Shown here: positions 23,801-34,661 of the stretch, piece by piece | Position numbering within the stretch: the first letter of the stretch is position 1 | Layout: each line of letters begins with the position of its first letter | NCBI GenBank assembly: GCA_918797485.1 | Contig: CAKKNE010000003.1 | Location: 4,402,001 to 4,466,000 of the forward strand | Reading direction: 5' to 3' | DNA from: Pelagomonas calceolata | Lineage: Eukaryota | Length of the DNA: 64,000 nt | Translations under genes and position numbers: made by a program | The notes under the pieces: model-generated | Told to the model about the DNA's origin: nothing | Database searches by the model: none | Seen by the model: only the letters and a program-made list of their open reading frames with translations

Positions 23801-24359
23801 CGAACTCCTCGGAGCCGGGCGAGTCCTCGCGGCGGCGCGGCGCCTCGTCGTCGCTCGGCCACCGCGTCGCCGGCTGCAGGAGCGCCGCGCGGTCCACGGC
23901 CATGTCGTCGGACTCGTCCTCCTCGTCCTCCTCGTCCTCCGGCGCCGCGGCCGCCGGCCGCGCCGCCGCCGCTTCAGCTTCCGCGGCGGGCGGCGGCGCT
24001 TCCGGCGCGGGTGGCGCCTCCTCGGCGGGCGGGTCCTCGGCGGCCGCCGCCTCCGGCACCGCGTCGTCCGCGCGGCCGCGCTTCGGCCGCCGAAGCGGCG
24101 CTTCCTCCCCGTCGTCCTCCCCGTCCTCGTCATCGTTCGCGCGGCCGCGCTTCGGCCGCCGCGTCGGCAGCGGCGCTTCCTCGTCGCCGTCGTCGTCGTC
24201 GTCGTCGATCGACGGCGCGTCGAAGTCGTCGTCGTCGCCGTCGCTCTCCACGATGCGGCGGCGCGCGCCGCGGGCGGCGCGCACCGGTCGCCTGTTTTCT
24301 TCCTCCTCCTCCGGCTCGTCGTCCGCCGCACTGCGCCGCGGGCGGTCCGAGGCCGGCAT
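20814..24359 (-). CDS. ATAD2: AAA+ ATPase with bromodomain, ATAD2/Yta7-like
   Basis: Acidic N-terminus. Motifs GVLFHGPPGTGKT, GADCLSKYVGEAE, IIFFDELDGLAP and ALRRPGRFDRE. Bromodomain-like PVDPEEQPEYLAVVAEPLDL. Confidence 0.9.
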   Translation of the reverse strand: MPASDRPRRSAADDEPEEEEENRRPVRAARGARRRIVESDGDDDDFDAPSIDDDDDDGDEEAPLPTRRPKRGRANDDEDGEDDGEEAPLRRPKRGRADDAVPEAAAAEDPPAEEAPPAPEAPPPAAEAEAAAARPAAAAPEDEEDEEDESDDMAVDRAALLQPATRWPSDDEAPRRREDSPGSEEFEPEDSSEGDDDDDEESSSDGVRRRLPPRRAARRRTRNSRRARSPSSSVERYPRRERRPARPINVSGLSPNQGLAGAPPPRGRRGRDGGDDWRYKSDSDGGGGGRVGGYAPSPPRRPPRRRRPPPPPLFDSDDSSVARRGADQLSRRRSLPPPKHDLDLSSSSDEDAAAAGAAGPAPAVAPFQGVAGLDHHLKALEEMVLLPLKEPNLFKSLGITPPRGVLFHGPPGTGKTLVARQLARACSAHLVKNRPHDDRAEAKRSGVAFFVRNGADCLSKYVGEAEKALGSLFDEAKAKAPSIIFFDELDGLAPARAAGRGGSGELAQHSVVATLLALMDGLADRGDVVVIGATNRPDALDPALRRPGRFDRELQFCAPDESQRRAILALHTESWAPSSKPTPQLLSALAARTAGFCGADLRALCTEAALAAVRRARPDLYENTPGSRTAVVVSARDFEAAARKAAPAALRRSDLDVDACAPQALAPHRAPLYQASVDEALRALGARPPPAAAEPTGASAAFAAAISARRAPRKALAPFAAPASLVLAAADGARSRDVVLAAVAHAFKARGAGVAECGYATLLRDAARTGLPLDACLAARARDARRTAAPHADAVLVVQDVDGWSARAPDPLHLAFAAILNELRRDQRLVVVATAADAAAPRPAWLADAALVVVPPASPAARAAFWTAGLLDVKAAFRAALEALAAPPPPAAEAPAAAPPAPAPPKAVVAKRDDAKARHCWRELRVFLRACLRELRSDRALAPLWRPVDPEEQPEYLAVVAEPLDLGVVRARVDAARYKTLGAFLEDVGRVRTNAARLRAAFPGDARADDLSHAAHNAEDLCRSMAHAFRRKLGWDLVAACDRLEKRSLRRDRRAARAAVDAALAARAAPPDTPEQPPPPPVVGEDSSPDPTDADGPRPRKNEADAVERASQSFAAAVDALQPRLEAATAACDGAALERRLDGLFDAVASIDDGAPDDLPGVAAAAAERVRRAAGEDAGDR

Positions 24360-24969
24360 CGCTCTAGTACGCTGCGGCTTTTTTGTAATGTTGTCTCCGT
24401 GAAGGGCACTGCCAACACAACAAACGCGCTGCTACGCGCTGCTAACACACACCCGCGGAGCGATTACACACTCAGGCCACGTTTTTCGACCGCGTTAGCG
24501 GGCGAGGGCCACTAGCGCGGCGGCTGGCGTCGCGCTGTGCTTCCTACGGCGCGCGCGCGCGGTGGCGGACTTGGCGCACGGCGAGCGGGTGCGCGGCCGA
24601 GATTCGTGCGCGCGCTGCACCGGCTGGCTCTAGGATGAGCTGTGCGTGGCGTCGGCGCGTTGCCCAGCGCAATGAGTTAGTCTCGACGCGCCGCGATCGT
24701 GTTGAGGCTAGTAAGTATACGCTCTAGCCCACTAAGCAGAGAAAATATATTAGGCTCAAGGCGTCTTCGAGTAAGCAAACCTGCTTCTCCAACTCTTCGA
24801 CCCGCCCCGTGAGCGCCTCCACGCGCCGCTGGTCCTTTTTCAGCTTGAGCTTCTTGCGCGCCCTATACTCGAGTTTTTTTTACGCAGAGTATGAGAGAAA
24901 GCGCAGCCTGCCCCCCGGGTGCAGGCGCAGCACCGATCTGACGGTATAGTTACTAAAGGAAAACCTGCT

Positions 24970-25110
24970 CAATTATTTAATTACCTAAAAATAGGAAGCC
25001 TGATCCCTGCTCAATTAATTAATTAGATTAATTAGGACAATAGCCTGATCCCTGCTCAATTAATTAGGAAGACCACCTAAAAATAGGAACAAGCTCCTAA
25101 GAGCCTTCTC
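24970..25110 (-). mobile_element. Short 3'-end fragment of LINE-like element with TTAA-rich tail
   Basis: 25067-25110 resembles the reverse complement of 52963-53003 and also 56991-57032. Confidence 0.65.
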
Positions 25111-25262
25111 ATTAAATAATGCAATGTTGCTTTGCTTAGAGCTAGGCCGCATAGCCGCGACCCACCCTGGGGACTATTAATTAATCATTTCGCTATACTT
25201 GCTGGTGCAGCGGATGGTGGGGCAAAAACCCACGCCCTTCTAGATACGTTATATTATTAATC

Positions 25263-25709
25263 GTCACAATTGACGCCGAGGGCGAGCTGGCAGCAGCACT
25301 GCGCTCCGACCAAATCTGTCGGGAGAATGGGCTGCCCGTCCACAATTTTCCTCGCGACGGGGATCTGGGTGCGAAACCGCCTGCCTCTAGATATTACGGA
25401 GTTGAGAAGAAAATTCGCATGTCTGATGTGGTTTGGCGGGCAAGAATCAGATATTCAAATTGGGAAAATGATATATATATTGGCAGCTTCGACGAAGAGC
25501 AGGAAGCCGCGCGAGCCGTCGACGAGTATCTCGCGTCGATGGGATACGAGCGCCGGAACTTCCCGGAGGACGAGGTGGAGGACCTCGAAGACCTCGGCGG
25601 CGACGCGGTCTCGAGTCCGCGCCACCCTTTTTCTCGTCGGGGGTACCATCAAAGAGAGAGTCGCTTATTGAACCCACCCCCAGGTACGGATCAACTCCGG
25701 GCACAGTAA
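25263..25709 (+). pseudogene. Truncated tandem AP2/ERF-domain gene fragment
   Basis: Frame reads ...ELAAALRSDQICRENGLPVHNFP...SRYYGVEKK...WRARI...IYIGSFDEEQEAARAVD...NFP, i.e. half of one AP2 domain plus one complete domain. There is a stop at 25182 and no ATG before 25419. Confidence 0.7.
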
Positions 25710-25929
25710 ATGCTACTAGTACTAGTACTAGCCCACCGCAGCGTCGTCGACGCGGTCAAAAACAACGAGCGAAAAAAGCACACGCACGCTGCGCGTCGCT
25801 TCAGAGCGACGCAAAAACAACCGACGGCAGCGACGTCCACCACGTAAGCGCACCGTCTCCGGCCTGCGCACTCATTTGAACCGCGCCGCTCTCCGCCGCC
25901 GTCCGCGACGCGCGCCGCGCTTGTCCAGC

Positions 25930-26447
25930 ATGGGCGAGGTCGTGGTGGTCCCCCGGAATTTCAGGGCGCGCGGCCCGCGTCTCGCGTTTCCGCCCGCGCG
26001 CGCGTCGAATCGACCCGCCCGCGCCGAACGACCCGCCGGCCCCGCGCGCAGCTCCTCGAGGAGCTGGAGAACTTCGACAAGGCGCGCGGCGACATGACCA
26101 TCTCCTGCGGCCTCAAGGACCCCAGCGATATTTTCCTGACGACGTGGCAGGCGTCGATCATCGGGCCGCCCGGCACGCGCTTCGACAACAACATCTACGG
26201 TCTGGAGGTCGTCTGCGGCGCGGACTACCCGCGGGTGCCGCCGGAGGTATATTTCCAGACGCGCGTCAACCTGCGGGGCGTCGACCCGCGGTCGGGGCGC
26301 GTCGACCTCGGCGCGCTGCGGGCGAACTGGCGCTACGACTGCACGATCGCGACGGCGCTGGGGTACGTGCGTCAGGAGATGTCGAAGCCAGCGTCGCGGA
26401 ACCTGCCGCAGCCGCCGGAGGGCGAGACGTTCCCGCCGAGGAGCTGA
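25930..26447 (+). CDS. MMS2: Ubiquitin-conjugating enzyme E2 variant UEV1/MMS2 (intron 25966-26051, GC-AG)
   Basis: Spliced product MGEVVVVPRNFR|LLEELE...W..SIIGPPGT.FDNNIY.L...CG..YP..PP...LPQPPEGETF, the UEV signature. Confidence 0.93.
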
Positions 26448-27001
26448 GGGTTCGGGGTTGTTGTTAGGCGCGCTTCCGGCGCGCGAGGGTAATTTCTCAA
26501 TGCTTTTTTCGTGGTTCCACGTGTCGAATACTCGGCCAACTTTGCCGCCGCGTGCAAACGAGCCAGCAGCGCGCGGTGGGAGTGGCGAGGGGCTCCCTGC
26601 GTTTGGCCCGTGAAGCCTCCGCTGACGCTTCCCTGGGCCCAGAGAAGGTTGGAAAATTCCGTCGCTCTAAAAAGCCGTCAGGTCAGGCTCGTGAGCGGGA
26701 GCGATCAGAGCTAAAATTTAGGGTCGCGTGTAAAAAAGAACCCTCCAGGCCTTTACCCTAGCCCTCCCTTGGAAGCGCGCAGGTCGCGCGCAGGAGTTCT
26801 CTGGGCCCGGCAGCGGCGCAGCGCACCGGAACTCATACGAAGCCCACTCTCAACGGCCACACTCGCGACCGCAACGCGGACTACGCAGATAGCTCAACGG
26901 ATTGGTGCGCCGCGGAAAACCCGAACCCGAACCCTCTCGATCAAAAAGCTCCCGGGATCAGCCCGGGCCCCGGGCGGGGGTAGCAAGACTTAGTCTCTTA
27001 G

Positions 27002-27122
27002 CGCTCGCGTCGCGCTGATCCGCGCTCCCGCGGGCTGCCCCGCTGCCCCGCTGCCCCGACCGCTCGCGTGTCGCGCCGATCCGCGCTCCCGCGGCTGCCC
27101 CGCTGCGCCGACCGCTCGCGTG
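27002..27122. repeat. Two-copy ~55-60-bp tandem repeat
   Basis: CGCTCGCG..TCGCGC.GATCCGCGCTCCCGCGG..CTGCCCCGCTG..CCGAC occurs twice in tandem. Confidence 0.75.
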
Positions 27123-27156
27123 CGAGCACACCGCCGTCCTACCGCCGGCAGATCCA

Positions 27157-27874
27157 ATGAACGCCCCGCGGGGCGCCGCCACGGCCGCGACCGCCGCGAA
27201 GAAGGCCGCGAAGACCGCCAAGCTGGCCGCCGCGGCCTCGACGCTGGGTCTCGGGCTCGTGGCGCTCGTGGGCGCGGCCGCGACGCTGCTCCCGCGGCAT
27301 CTGCTCGACGCGTGCAACTGGACGCGGCACCCCGACGTCCGGCGCGCCTTCTCGACGGACGAGTGCTACCGGCTCCTCGACGCCGCCGTGCAGGCCGCGC
27401 CCAAGGCGGCGCGCCGCGACGCCGCCGACGTGCTCTTCCATTTGGTGGAGTCGACGCGCCGCGAGGGCGCGCTCTGGCTCGGCCTCGGCCTCGGGAGCCT
27501 CTACGCGCTCGCGGTGCCGTTCGACCAGCGCCACTCCGCGCTGTTCGTGCTCGCGGCGAGCGGGTCCCCGGCCGCGCGGAATCGTGCCGCGCGGCGCCGG
27601 CGCGGACCCCCGGTCGGTGCCGCGCAGGTCGCTCGCGGCCCTCGTCGACGCGAGCCACGCAGGGCTCCTCGGCTTCGGCGCGACGGAGATGCTCACGGAC
27701 CGGGGGCGGTCGGGCGCCCGGGTCCTCTGCGCCTACTGGCTCGTCGCGCTGCCGTGCCTCTGGGCGGGATGCGTCGGCTCGCGGGCCAAGGCCCGGGCCA
27801 AGGACGAGCTCATGGGCCGGACCCACACCGTGCTGCGGAAGGCCTGCAGCGGGGGTAACCTGAAGATTAATTGA
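27157..27874 (+). CDS. Hypothetical membrane protein (intron ~27564-27627)
   Basis: Several hydrophobic segments and coding-like codon usage. Two ORFs join in frame via GG|GT...CAG|G. Confidence 0.6.
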
Positions 27875-27973
27875 ACCAGCCGGAGAGGGCTTCCAAGTGG
27901 GCTCTCCCAGGCTACTACGGACGGTAGCCTGAGTCCGTGACCCGGCGGCCCTATAGGCTATACTACCGTGACG

Positions 27974-30769
27974 TTACGCAAAGTACTCCGAATATGTCGT
28001 GAGACGTAGGAGATCGGCGAAGATGCCCGCGGCGGCGAGCTCCGCGCCGGCGGCGGCGCCCTTGATGATGAGGGGCGCCGTCACGTACCGGTCCGTCGTG
28101 AAGGCCACGAGGTTCTCGTTCTTCTTCAGCCGGTAGAGGGGGTCCGTCGCGTCCGCCGCGATGATCTCGACGCGGCAGCGGCCCGCGTCGACGTCGATCT
28201 CGAACGCGTAGCGCAGGACGGTGTCGGCGTCCTGCGCGGAGGCCAGGCGCGCGTCGATCTCCCCGTCGACGCCCGCCCGCTCCAGGTCCCGGACGACGGC
28301 CTCGCAGAGGTCGTCCTCCTCGTAGCTCTTGTCGGCCACGTGCGCCGGGAGGAACGACTCGACCGCGACGTCGCTCAACTCCAGGTCCATGCCGAGCTCG
28401 CGCGCGAGGATCACGACCTTGCGCGCCATGTCCTCGCCGGACAAATCTTCGCGCACGTCGGTCTCCGTGTAGCCGTTCGCGATCGCCTCCCGGAGCGCGT
28501 CGCAGAACGTCTTCCGGCCGGGCGCGTGGCACCGGAGCACGTACGCCATCGTGCCGCTCAGGCAGCCGCGGATGGAGTGGACCCGGTCGCCCGTCAGGAG
28601 CAGATCCTTCATCGTCGAGAGGATGGGCAGCGACGCGCCGACGCTCGACTCGTAGCGCCACCGGCTGTTCGAGGCGCGCGCGGCCTTGGCGACGCGCTCC
28701 CGCCGCGCGGCCGGGCCGCTCGCGACGACCTTCGACGGGCACACGATGGAGATGCCCGCCGCGAGCCACCGCGCGTAGTAGGCCGCGACCGCCTCCGACT
28801 GCGTGCTGTCGACGACGACGCGCTGCGGGTTCAGGTCCGCCTCGAGGAACTCGGTCAGGACTTCCAGGTCGAAGTCGCGGCCCGCCGCCAGGGCCGCGGC
28901 GACGTCCGGCGCCGCGTCGCCCTCCGCGCCCAGGAGGTTGTCGTCGGAGAAGCACATCCGTTCCGAATTCGCGGCCGCCGTGACGCGCACCACGAAATCG
29001 TGCTCCCTCCTCAGCGACGCCTGCTGGCGCTTCAGCTGCGGCAGCAGCTCCCTCCCCAGTCGCCCCGTCGCGCCGAGCACCGCCACGTTCGTGACGACCT
29101 CGGACAGCGTGAAGGCCGTGTGCGCCGCGCGCAGCGCGCGCGTCGCGTCGGCCTTGGCCACGCAGACCGCGATCTGGCGCTCGCTCGACCCCTGCGCGAT
29201 CATCGCGATGTTCACGCCGGCCTGGGCGAGCGCGTTCATGAACGTCGCCGAGGCGCCCGGCGACTGCACCATGCCCTCGCCCACGATCGCGACGACGCTC
29301 ACGCCGTCGAGGAGCGAGGCCGAGTTCACCCGGGACCGGGAGAACTCGAGCTCGAAGGCCGCCTCCACGGCTTTGAGCGCCTTCTGGCCCTGGGCCGTCG
29401 GGACCGCGCACGTGATGGACGCCTCCGAGGACGCCTGCGTGACCATCAGGACCGCGACGCCCGCCTCCTTGAGGGCGCCCAGGACGCGCCGGCCGAGCCC
29501 CGCGGCGGAGTCCGCCAGCAGCGCGCCCTCGAGCGTTAACAACGATGCGTCGTCGACGGAAGTGATGCCCTTGATCAGCGACTCGCGCGCGGCGCCCTTG
29601 GTGATGGCGCCCGTCCAGAGCCGGGACTCCGTCAGCGCGCCGCTCCGGCCCTGGATGACCGTGCCCTCGAAGGCCGGGTTGAAGACGTTCCGCACGAAGA
29701 CGGGGATGTTGTCGTCGATGCACGGGGCCATCGCGCTGGGGTGCAGCACTTGCGCGCCGAAGTAGGCGAGCTCCATGGCCTCGTCGTACTTCAGGGACGC
29801 GATCGGGAAGGCCTCCGGCACGCGCCGCGGGTCCGCGGTGTAGACGCCGTCCGTGTTCTTCCACATCGTGACGCGCGACGCCCGCAACAAGCGCGCGAAG
29901 ATCGTGGCGGAGTAGTCCGAGCCGGAACGCTTGAGCGTCGTGGGCACGCCGGCCTCCGTCGTGGCCACGAAGCCCGTGCACACGAGGACGCACGACTCTT
30001 GATTGTAGTCGACGGCGTCGAAGACATCGCTCCGCTCGGCCCACCAGGCCCCCATCCTCTCCGTCGTCTGGGTCCAGAGCGGCGCCACGCCGGTCGTCGA
30101 CGTCGAGCCCTTCTCGCCGAGCCCCTCCGACTCGGACTTGACGACCAGCACCTGCCGCGCGTCGACCCAGTCGCAGGCGACGCCGGTCGTCCGCAGGTAG
30201 GCGAGCAGCGTCTGGGCGGACCAGATCTCGCCGAAGCCCGTGACGACCTCCATCGTGACCGCGGGCACGGTCTTGATCATACGCAGGGAGCGCACCACCG
30301 ACAGCACGTCGGCGGCGTCGTCCCGGATGCGCGCGGCGATCGGCGCCACCACGTCCGGGGGCGCGAGCTCCTGCAGCGTCGCGAGCTGCCGCTCCACGGC
30401 GTCGTCCAAGTAGGTCGCGGCCAGGTCGAAGTCGTCCAGGGCCGCGTCGACGACCTTGATCAACAGATCCGTCATGCCGCCCATCGCGCTCACGACGGCC
30501 ATCGTGGGCACGCCCTGGCCCTCCTCGCGCGTCGCCTCGTCGAGGAGGAGGTCGCCGACCGTCCTGTACAACTCGGCCGTCGCCAGGGACGCGCCGCCGA
30601 ACTTGTGGACCTCCCACGCCTTCGTGGCGCCGCGCGGCTTCACGGCTTGCGCCGTGATCGTGGCCTTGGGCTCGTCCAGCACCGCTCGCACGGGCGCGGG
30701 CCGGGGCGGCGGCCCCGGCGGCGCCACCAGGGCCGCGGCAAGCGTCCCGCAGAGCGCGAGGCTGCGCAT
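27974..30769 (-). CDS. thrA: Bifunctional aspartokinase/homoserine dehydrogenase, predicted plastid-targeted
   Basis: Motifs VHKFGGASLA, VVSAMGGMTD, TTLKRSGSDYSA and GVYTADPR, ACT domains, YESSVGASLPI, GYTETDVREDLSG.D.ARK and GAAAG...AAGIF.D. N-terminal signal peptide ending AAALVA. Confidence 0.95.
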   Translation of the reverse strand: MRSLALCGTLAAALVAPPGPPPRPAPVRAVLDEPKATITAQAVKPRGATKAWEVHKFGGASLATAELYRTVGDLLLDEATREEGQGVPTMAVVSAMGGMTDLLIKVVDAALDDFDLAATYLDDAVERQLATLQELAPPDVVAPIAARIRDDAADVLSVVRSLRMIKTVPAVTMEVVTGFGEIWSAQTLLAYLRTTGVACDWVDARQVLVVKSESEGLGEKGSTSTTGVAPLWTQTTERMGAWWAERSDVFDAVDYNQESCVLVCTGFVATTEAGVPTTLKRSGSDYSATIFARLLRASRVTMWKNTDGVYTADPRRVPEAFPIASLKYDEAMELAYFGAQVLHPSAMAPCIDDNIPVFVRNVFNPAFEGTVIQGRSGALTESRLWTGAITKGAARESLIKGITSVDDASLLTLEGALLADSAAGLGRRVLGALKEAGVAVLMVTQASSEASITCAVPTAQGQKALKAVEAAFELEFSRSRVNSASLLDGVSVVAIVGEGMVQSPGASATFMNALAQAGVNIAMIAQGSSERQIAVCVAKADATRALRAAHTAFTLSEVVTNVAVLGATGRLGRELLPQLKRQQASLRREHDFVVRVTAAANSERMCFSDDNLLGAEGDAAPDVAAALAAGRDFDLEVLTEFLEADLNPQRVVVDSTQSEAVAAYYARWLAAGISIVCPSKVVASGPAARRERVAKAARASNSRWRYESSVGASLPILSTMKDLLLTGDRVHSIRGCLSGTMAYVLRCHAPGRKTFCDALREAIANGYTETDVREDLSGEDMARKVVILARELGMDLELSDVAVESFLPAHVADKSYEEDDLCEAVVRDLERAGVDGEIDARLASAQDADTVLRYAFEIDVDAGRCRVEIIAADATDPLYRLKKNENLVAFTTDRYVTAPLIIKGAAAGAELAAAGIFADLLRLTTYSEYFA

Positions 30770-31461
30770 GGCGGGTCCGCTCCGCTGCCTCGTGCTGTCC
30801 TGCCGACGACCCGAGCGATGCAGGCGGAGGCGCTTGCACTCTGCACGGGAGCGCTTGCTCGTGCAATCCTACCGAGCCCGAGCGATGCCAGAGCGCGCTT
30901 GCACGAGAGACCTCGCTTCTCGCGCTATCCTACAATTTTTTTTGGTACTTGGCTTTGGCCGCGCGGAGCGACGCGACCCGATCGTCCGGCGATGCACTGG
31001 GAGACGAGCTGCTTGCACCCGGTGCCCGCACCCTCGGGGACTGGGACTTTTGTCCTCCCAGGACTTGTTTTTGCCAGGCGTGTCTGACCCAGGCGCACAG
31101 GAGATCTTCCGGCGTCGAAACCCGCGTCATTGAACCATACACAGCTGCGCAGCTTGTAGTAAAACACGCCGCAAACGCAAGGTGACCGCCTCGACCCGTC
31201 ACGCCGCCCCGACGACTTCGCAAATTGCTCGCAGATCATAGAGTTGGCTGCGGCTCCCGGTGCAGCGGAGCTGCGGTGTCTCTATGCTGCTCCCCCGGGG
31301 GCACAAGATTTCCTGCACCACACACCCGGCCGACGGCGCTGCGGCCGCTCGCCGCCGCCGCGGTCGGGACGGCGCGGGATCTCCGCGCTGCTCCCCGAGG
31401 ACACCTCTCGATGTCCCGCACCACGCGCGCCCCCACCGCGCCGCCCCGACGCAGGCCTACC

Positions 31462-32841
31462 ATGGTGAAGCTCTACGCCCTCCTCGCGGCGCCGGCCGCG
31501 GCGCTCGTCGCCAAGACGAACCCGCTGCCGCGCGCGGCGCCGCGCGCCGCGCCGGCCGACGTCGAGATGAAGTACCGCGTGGCGGTCATCGGCGGCGGCC
31601 CGTCCGGCGCCTGCGCCGCCGAGATCTGCGCCCAGGAGCCGAACATCGAGACGTACATCATCGAGCGCAAGATGGACAACGCCAAGCCGTGCGGCGGGGC
31701 GATCCCCCTGTGCATGGTCGACGAGTTCGACCTGCCGTCCGAGATCATCGACCGCAAGGTCCGCAAGATGAAGATGATCTCGCCGTCGAACGTCGAGGTC
31801 GACATCGGCTCCACGCTCAAGGACGACGAGTACATCGGCATGTGCCGGCGCGAGGTCATGGACGGCTACCTGCGGGACCGCGCCGTCAAGCTGGGCGCCG
31901 AGCCCATCAACGCGCTCGTGACGTCGATCGACTGCCCGGCGCCGGGCGACGACAACGGGAGATACACGATCCACTACTCGCGCAACGACCTCGGCCGCAA
32001 GGCGCCCGACGAGACGCTCGACGTGGACGTGATCATCGGCGCGGACGGCGCGAACTCGCGCGTGGCCAAGGCCATCGACGCGGGCGAGTACAACTTCGCC
32101 ATCGCGTTCCAGGAGCGCATCAAGATCGACGACGAGAAGATGGCCTTCTACGACGAGCTCGCCGAGATGTACGTCGGCGACGACGTGAGCCCCGACTTCT
32201 ACGGCTGGGTCTTCCCGAAGTACGACCACGTCGGCGTCGGCACGGGCACGGTCGTCAACCGCCCGGGCATCAAGATGTACCAGGACGCCATCCGCGAGCG
32301 CGCGGGCGACAAGATCGCCGGCGGAAAAGTGATCAAAGTGGAGGCGCACCCCATCCCCGAGCACTACCGGCCGCGGCGGCTCAAGCACCGCGCCATGCTC
32401 GTGGGCGACGCGGCGGGCTACGTCACCAAGTGCTCGGGCGAGGGCATCTACTTCGCGGCCAAGTCGGGCCGCATGGCCGGCGAGGCCGTCGTCAAGGCCA
32501 TGGCCGGCGGCACGAAGCTCCCGACCGAGGCGGAGCTCGAGGACCTTTACATTAAGCCCTACGACAAGCTCTACTTCCCGACCTACACCGTGCTGGACAT
32601 CCTCCAGAAGGTCTTCTACACGAACAACGCGGCGCGCGAGGCCTTCGTCGACATGTGCCGCAGCGAGTACGTCCAGGACGTGACGTTCCAGTCGTACCTC
32701 TACAAGCGGCTCGTGACGCCGAACCCCGTCGAGGACATCAAGCTCCTCTTCGGCACGGTCGGCAGCCTGCTGCGCGGCCGCGCGATCGCGACGCCGGACA
32801 AGCCCTTCAGCAACCCGGTGGAGTCGCTCAAACGCCTCTAG
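31462..32841 (+). CDS. chlP: Geranylgeranyl diphosphate reductase
   Basis: Motifs RVAVIGGGPSGACAAE, AKPCGGAIPLCM, DVSPDFYGWVFPKYDH and GYVTKCSGEGIYFAAKSGRM. Signal/transit peptide from ATG 31462. Confidence 0.97.
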   Translation: MVKLYALLAAPAAALVAKTNPLPRAAPRAAPADVEMKYRVAVIGGGPSGACAAEICAQEPNIETYIIERKMDNAKPCGGAIPLCMVDEFDLPSEIIDRKVRKMKMISPSNVEVDIGSTLKDDEYIGMCRREVMDGYLRDRAVKLGAEPINALVTSIDCPAPGDDNGRYTIHYSRNDLGRKAPDETLDVDVIIGADGANSRVAKAIDAGEYNFAIAFQERIKIDDEKMAFYDELAEMYVGDDVSPDFYGWVFPKYDHVGVGTGTVVNRPGIKMYQDAIRERAGDKIAGGKVIKVEAHPIPEHYRPRRLKHRAMLVGDAAGYVTKCSGEGIYFAAKSGRMAGEAVVKAMAGGTKLPTEAELEDLYIKPYDKLYFPTYTVLDILQKVFYTNNAAREAFVDMCRSEYVQDVTFQSYLYKRLVTPNPVEDIKLLFGTVGSLLRGRAIATPDKPFSNPVESLKRL

Positions 32842-34246
32842 GCCCGGACCCCCCCGCCGCGGCGGATAGGCGCGCTCGCGGGCGCGCGTGGAAAAGATTG
32901 GCGAATATTAATCTTCTTCGATTTCCCGTATTAGTTAACGCTGCAATTTGGTGGGAGAGAGAGGGGGTGGGTTTTTTGGCAGCGCGAAGGTCTGACGACC
33001 TCCACCTTCCAAAAAAACCACCCCCCTTTTTGCCCCTTTCTTACCAAAGTCGCAAAACTACTTCCAACGTATTTGGTTCGGGTTCGAAAAAGGCTTCTTG
33101 GTTTTGTAAACCGTTGTTTTTGGCCCTTTTCTAGTATGATTACGCACGACAAAAACAAACCCTTCAAAACGGCGACCGCGTTTTCATCGAACCAAGACCT
33201 ACCGCGCGGCCTTCCGACGTAAAAACCAGCACGGCAACCGCCCTATTTCAAGAAATACGCTGTCAGCACGAAGCGCAGCGCGGCGGCTGCCCATACCGCG
33301 GCGGTGGCGGCGGCGCCGCGGGCGCCGACCCAAATAAGTGGCCTCGGGGCGAGGTCGAGGCCGGCCCGAAGGCGCCTACAAGCCGTGTTGTTGGGTGATA
33401 CCGGAATCTAATAAAAATAAAAAATAAAAAAAGCGCATGCGGTGTAGGTGGCTATCCACTATCAGAGCTACCCCCGTAGGAGTCCGAGGGCCGATCTGCA
33501 TCCAAAAAAAAGTAAATAATTTGGTCCCGATGGCACCCCGTCACCGTCAAATACGCAATTACCCGAGGGCCCCCAGTAGTCGCCGTAGCGGTCTCGTTGG
33601 ACCCCATACTACCCCAACGATAGTCAATTACGAGTATATGCCATCTACATTATAAGAAGGGTACTTTTTGCTGCCCACGCTCGGGACGTGAACATCTTTA
33701 TCTGGAGCTCGCGTAAGTCGGTCGATCATGGAACAAATGATCGCATCATGGTCCATGGTGAAGGTACACGGGCTGATGGTCGCAGGTCCAGGCCAGAATC
33801 CAAATTGGCGAGATCATGGGGTCGTGGGACGGCCGAGCCGCCCGGTGATTTCTGGACAGTAAATCAAATGTACAGCAACTCAGGCGGTTAGGCTGGCCCG
33901 TCCTAGGACCGAAACGCCAGAAACGCAAATTTATTTCGCAACTCACCGGTCTGGGGCCAATTCAGTGCCCCGCGTACGCACCGTCGTCCGTGGAGAACGG
34001 GCAAGTCGGTCGATCGTGAATAGAACAACGGCGTTATGGTCCATCTGGATGGTGTCGTCGCTGATAGTCGCGGGTCTAGGTTCTAAGCCCCTTATCACAT
34101 AAACGTAGGGTCCCGAAGTCGCTTCGCGGCGAGGCTCCAACGGGCCATCTAACATAGCTCATCCCCGCCCAGACGGCCTAGATGGAGTCTACCACTAACA
34201 AACGGAAGGAAACGAACATAAACTCGGGAGTTGTCTAGTATAACTC

Positions 34247-34390
34247 TTCTCCCGCCCTCCGAGCGCGGGCCGTCGGCTCCGGTTCCGTCGATTGTGTATG
34301 AAAACTGGGCTGGAGTTGATATGATGTACCATTTGGACGGTAGAAGGCGCCTTCAATCGCTGGTGTATTTTGGCGAGCCGAAAGACCTAG
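34247..34390 (+). mobile_element. Degenerate LINE-like fragment homologous to 52228-52370, followed by a (GT)n microsatellite at ~34426-34446
   Basis: TTCTCCCGCCCTCCGAGCGCGGGCCGT...TGAAAACT.GGCTGGAGTTGAT is shared with 52228 onward. Confidence 0.65.
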
Positions 34391-34661
34391 TGATCTAGCG
34401 TATCGACACACTAGGAATCCATATATGTGTGTGTGTGTGTGTGTGTATGTACATACATACATATAGTACACATGTATACAGGCCTAGGCGGATGGCTTTT
34501 GAAAACAGACCTCTCCGACTGACCCCCGAATAGTGAAGTTCAACCGGTAATCTCCGCTCTGACCGGCTGCGCCGCGGGGCCGGCGGCGGTAAGTGTGGCG
34601 GCGGTACAAGGCACATCATCGTGATAGTTACGTGGTCGTGGGCGCGGGCTCCAAACGGGCG

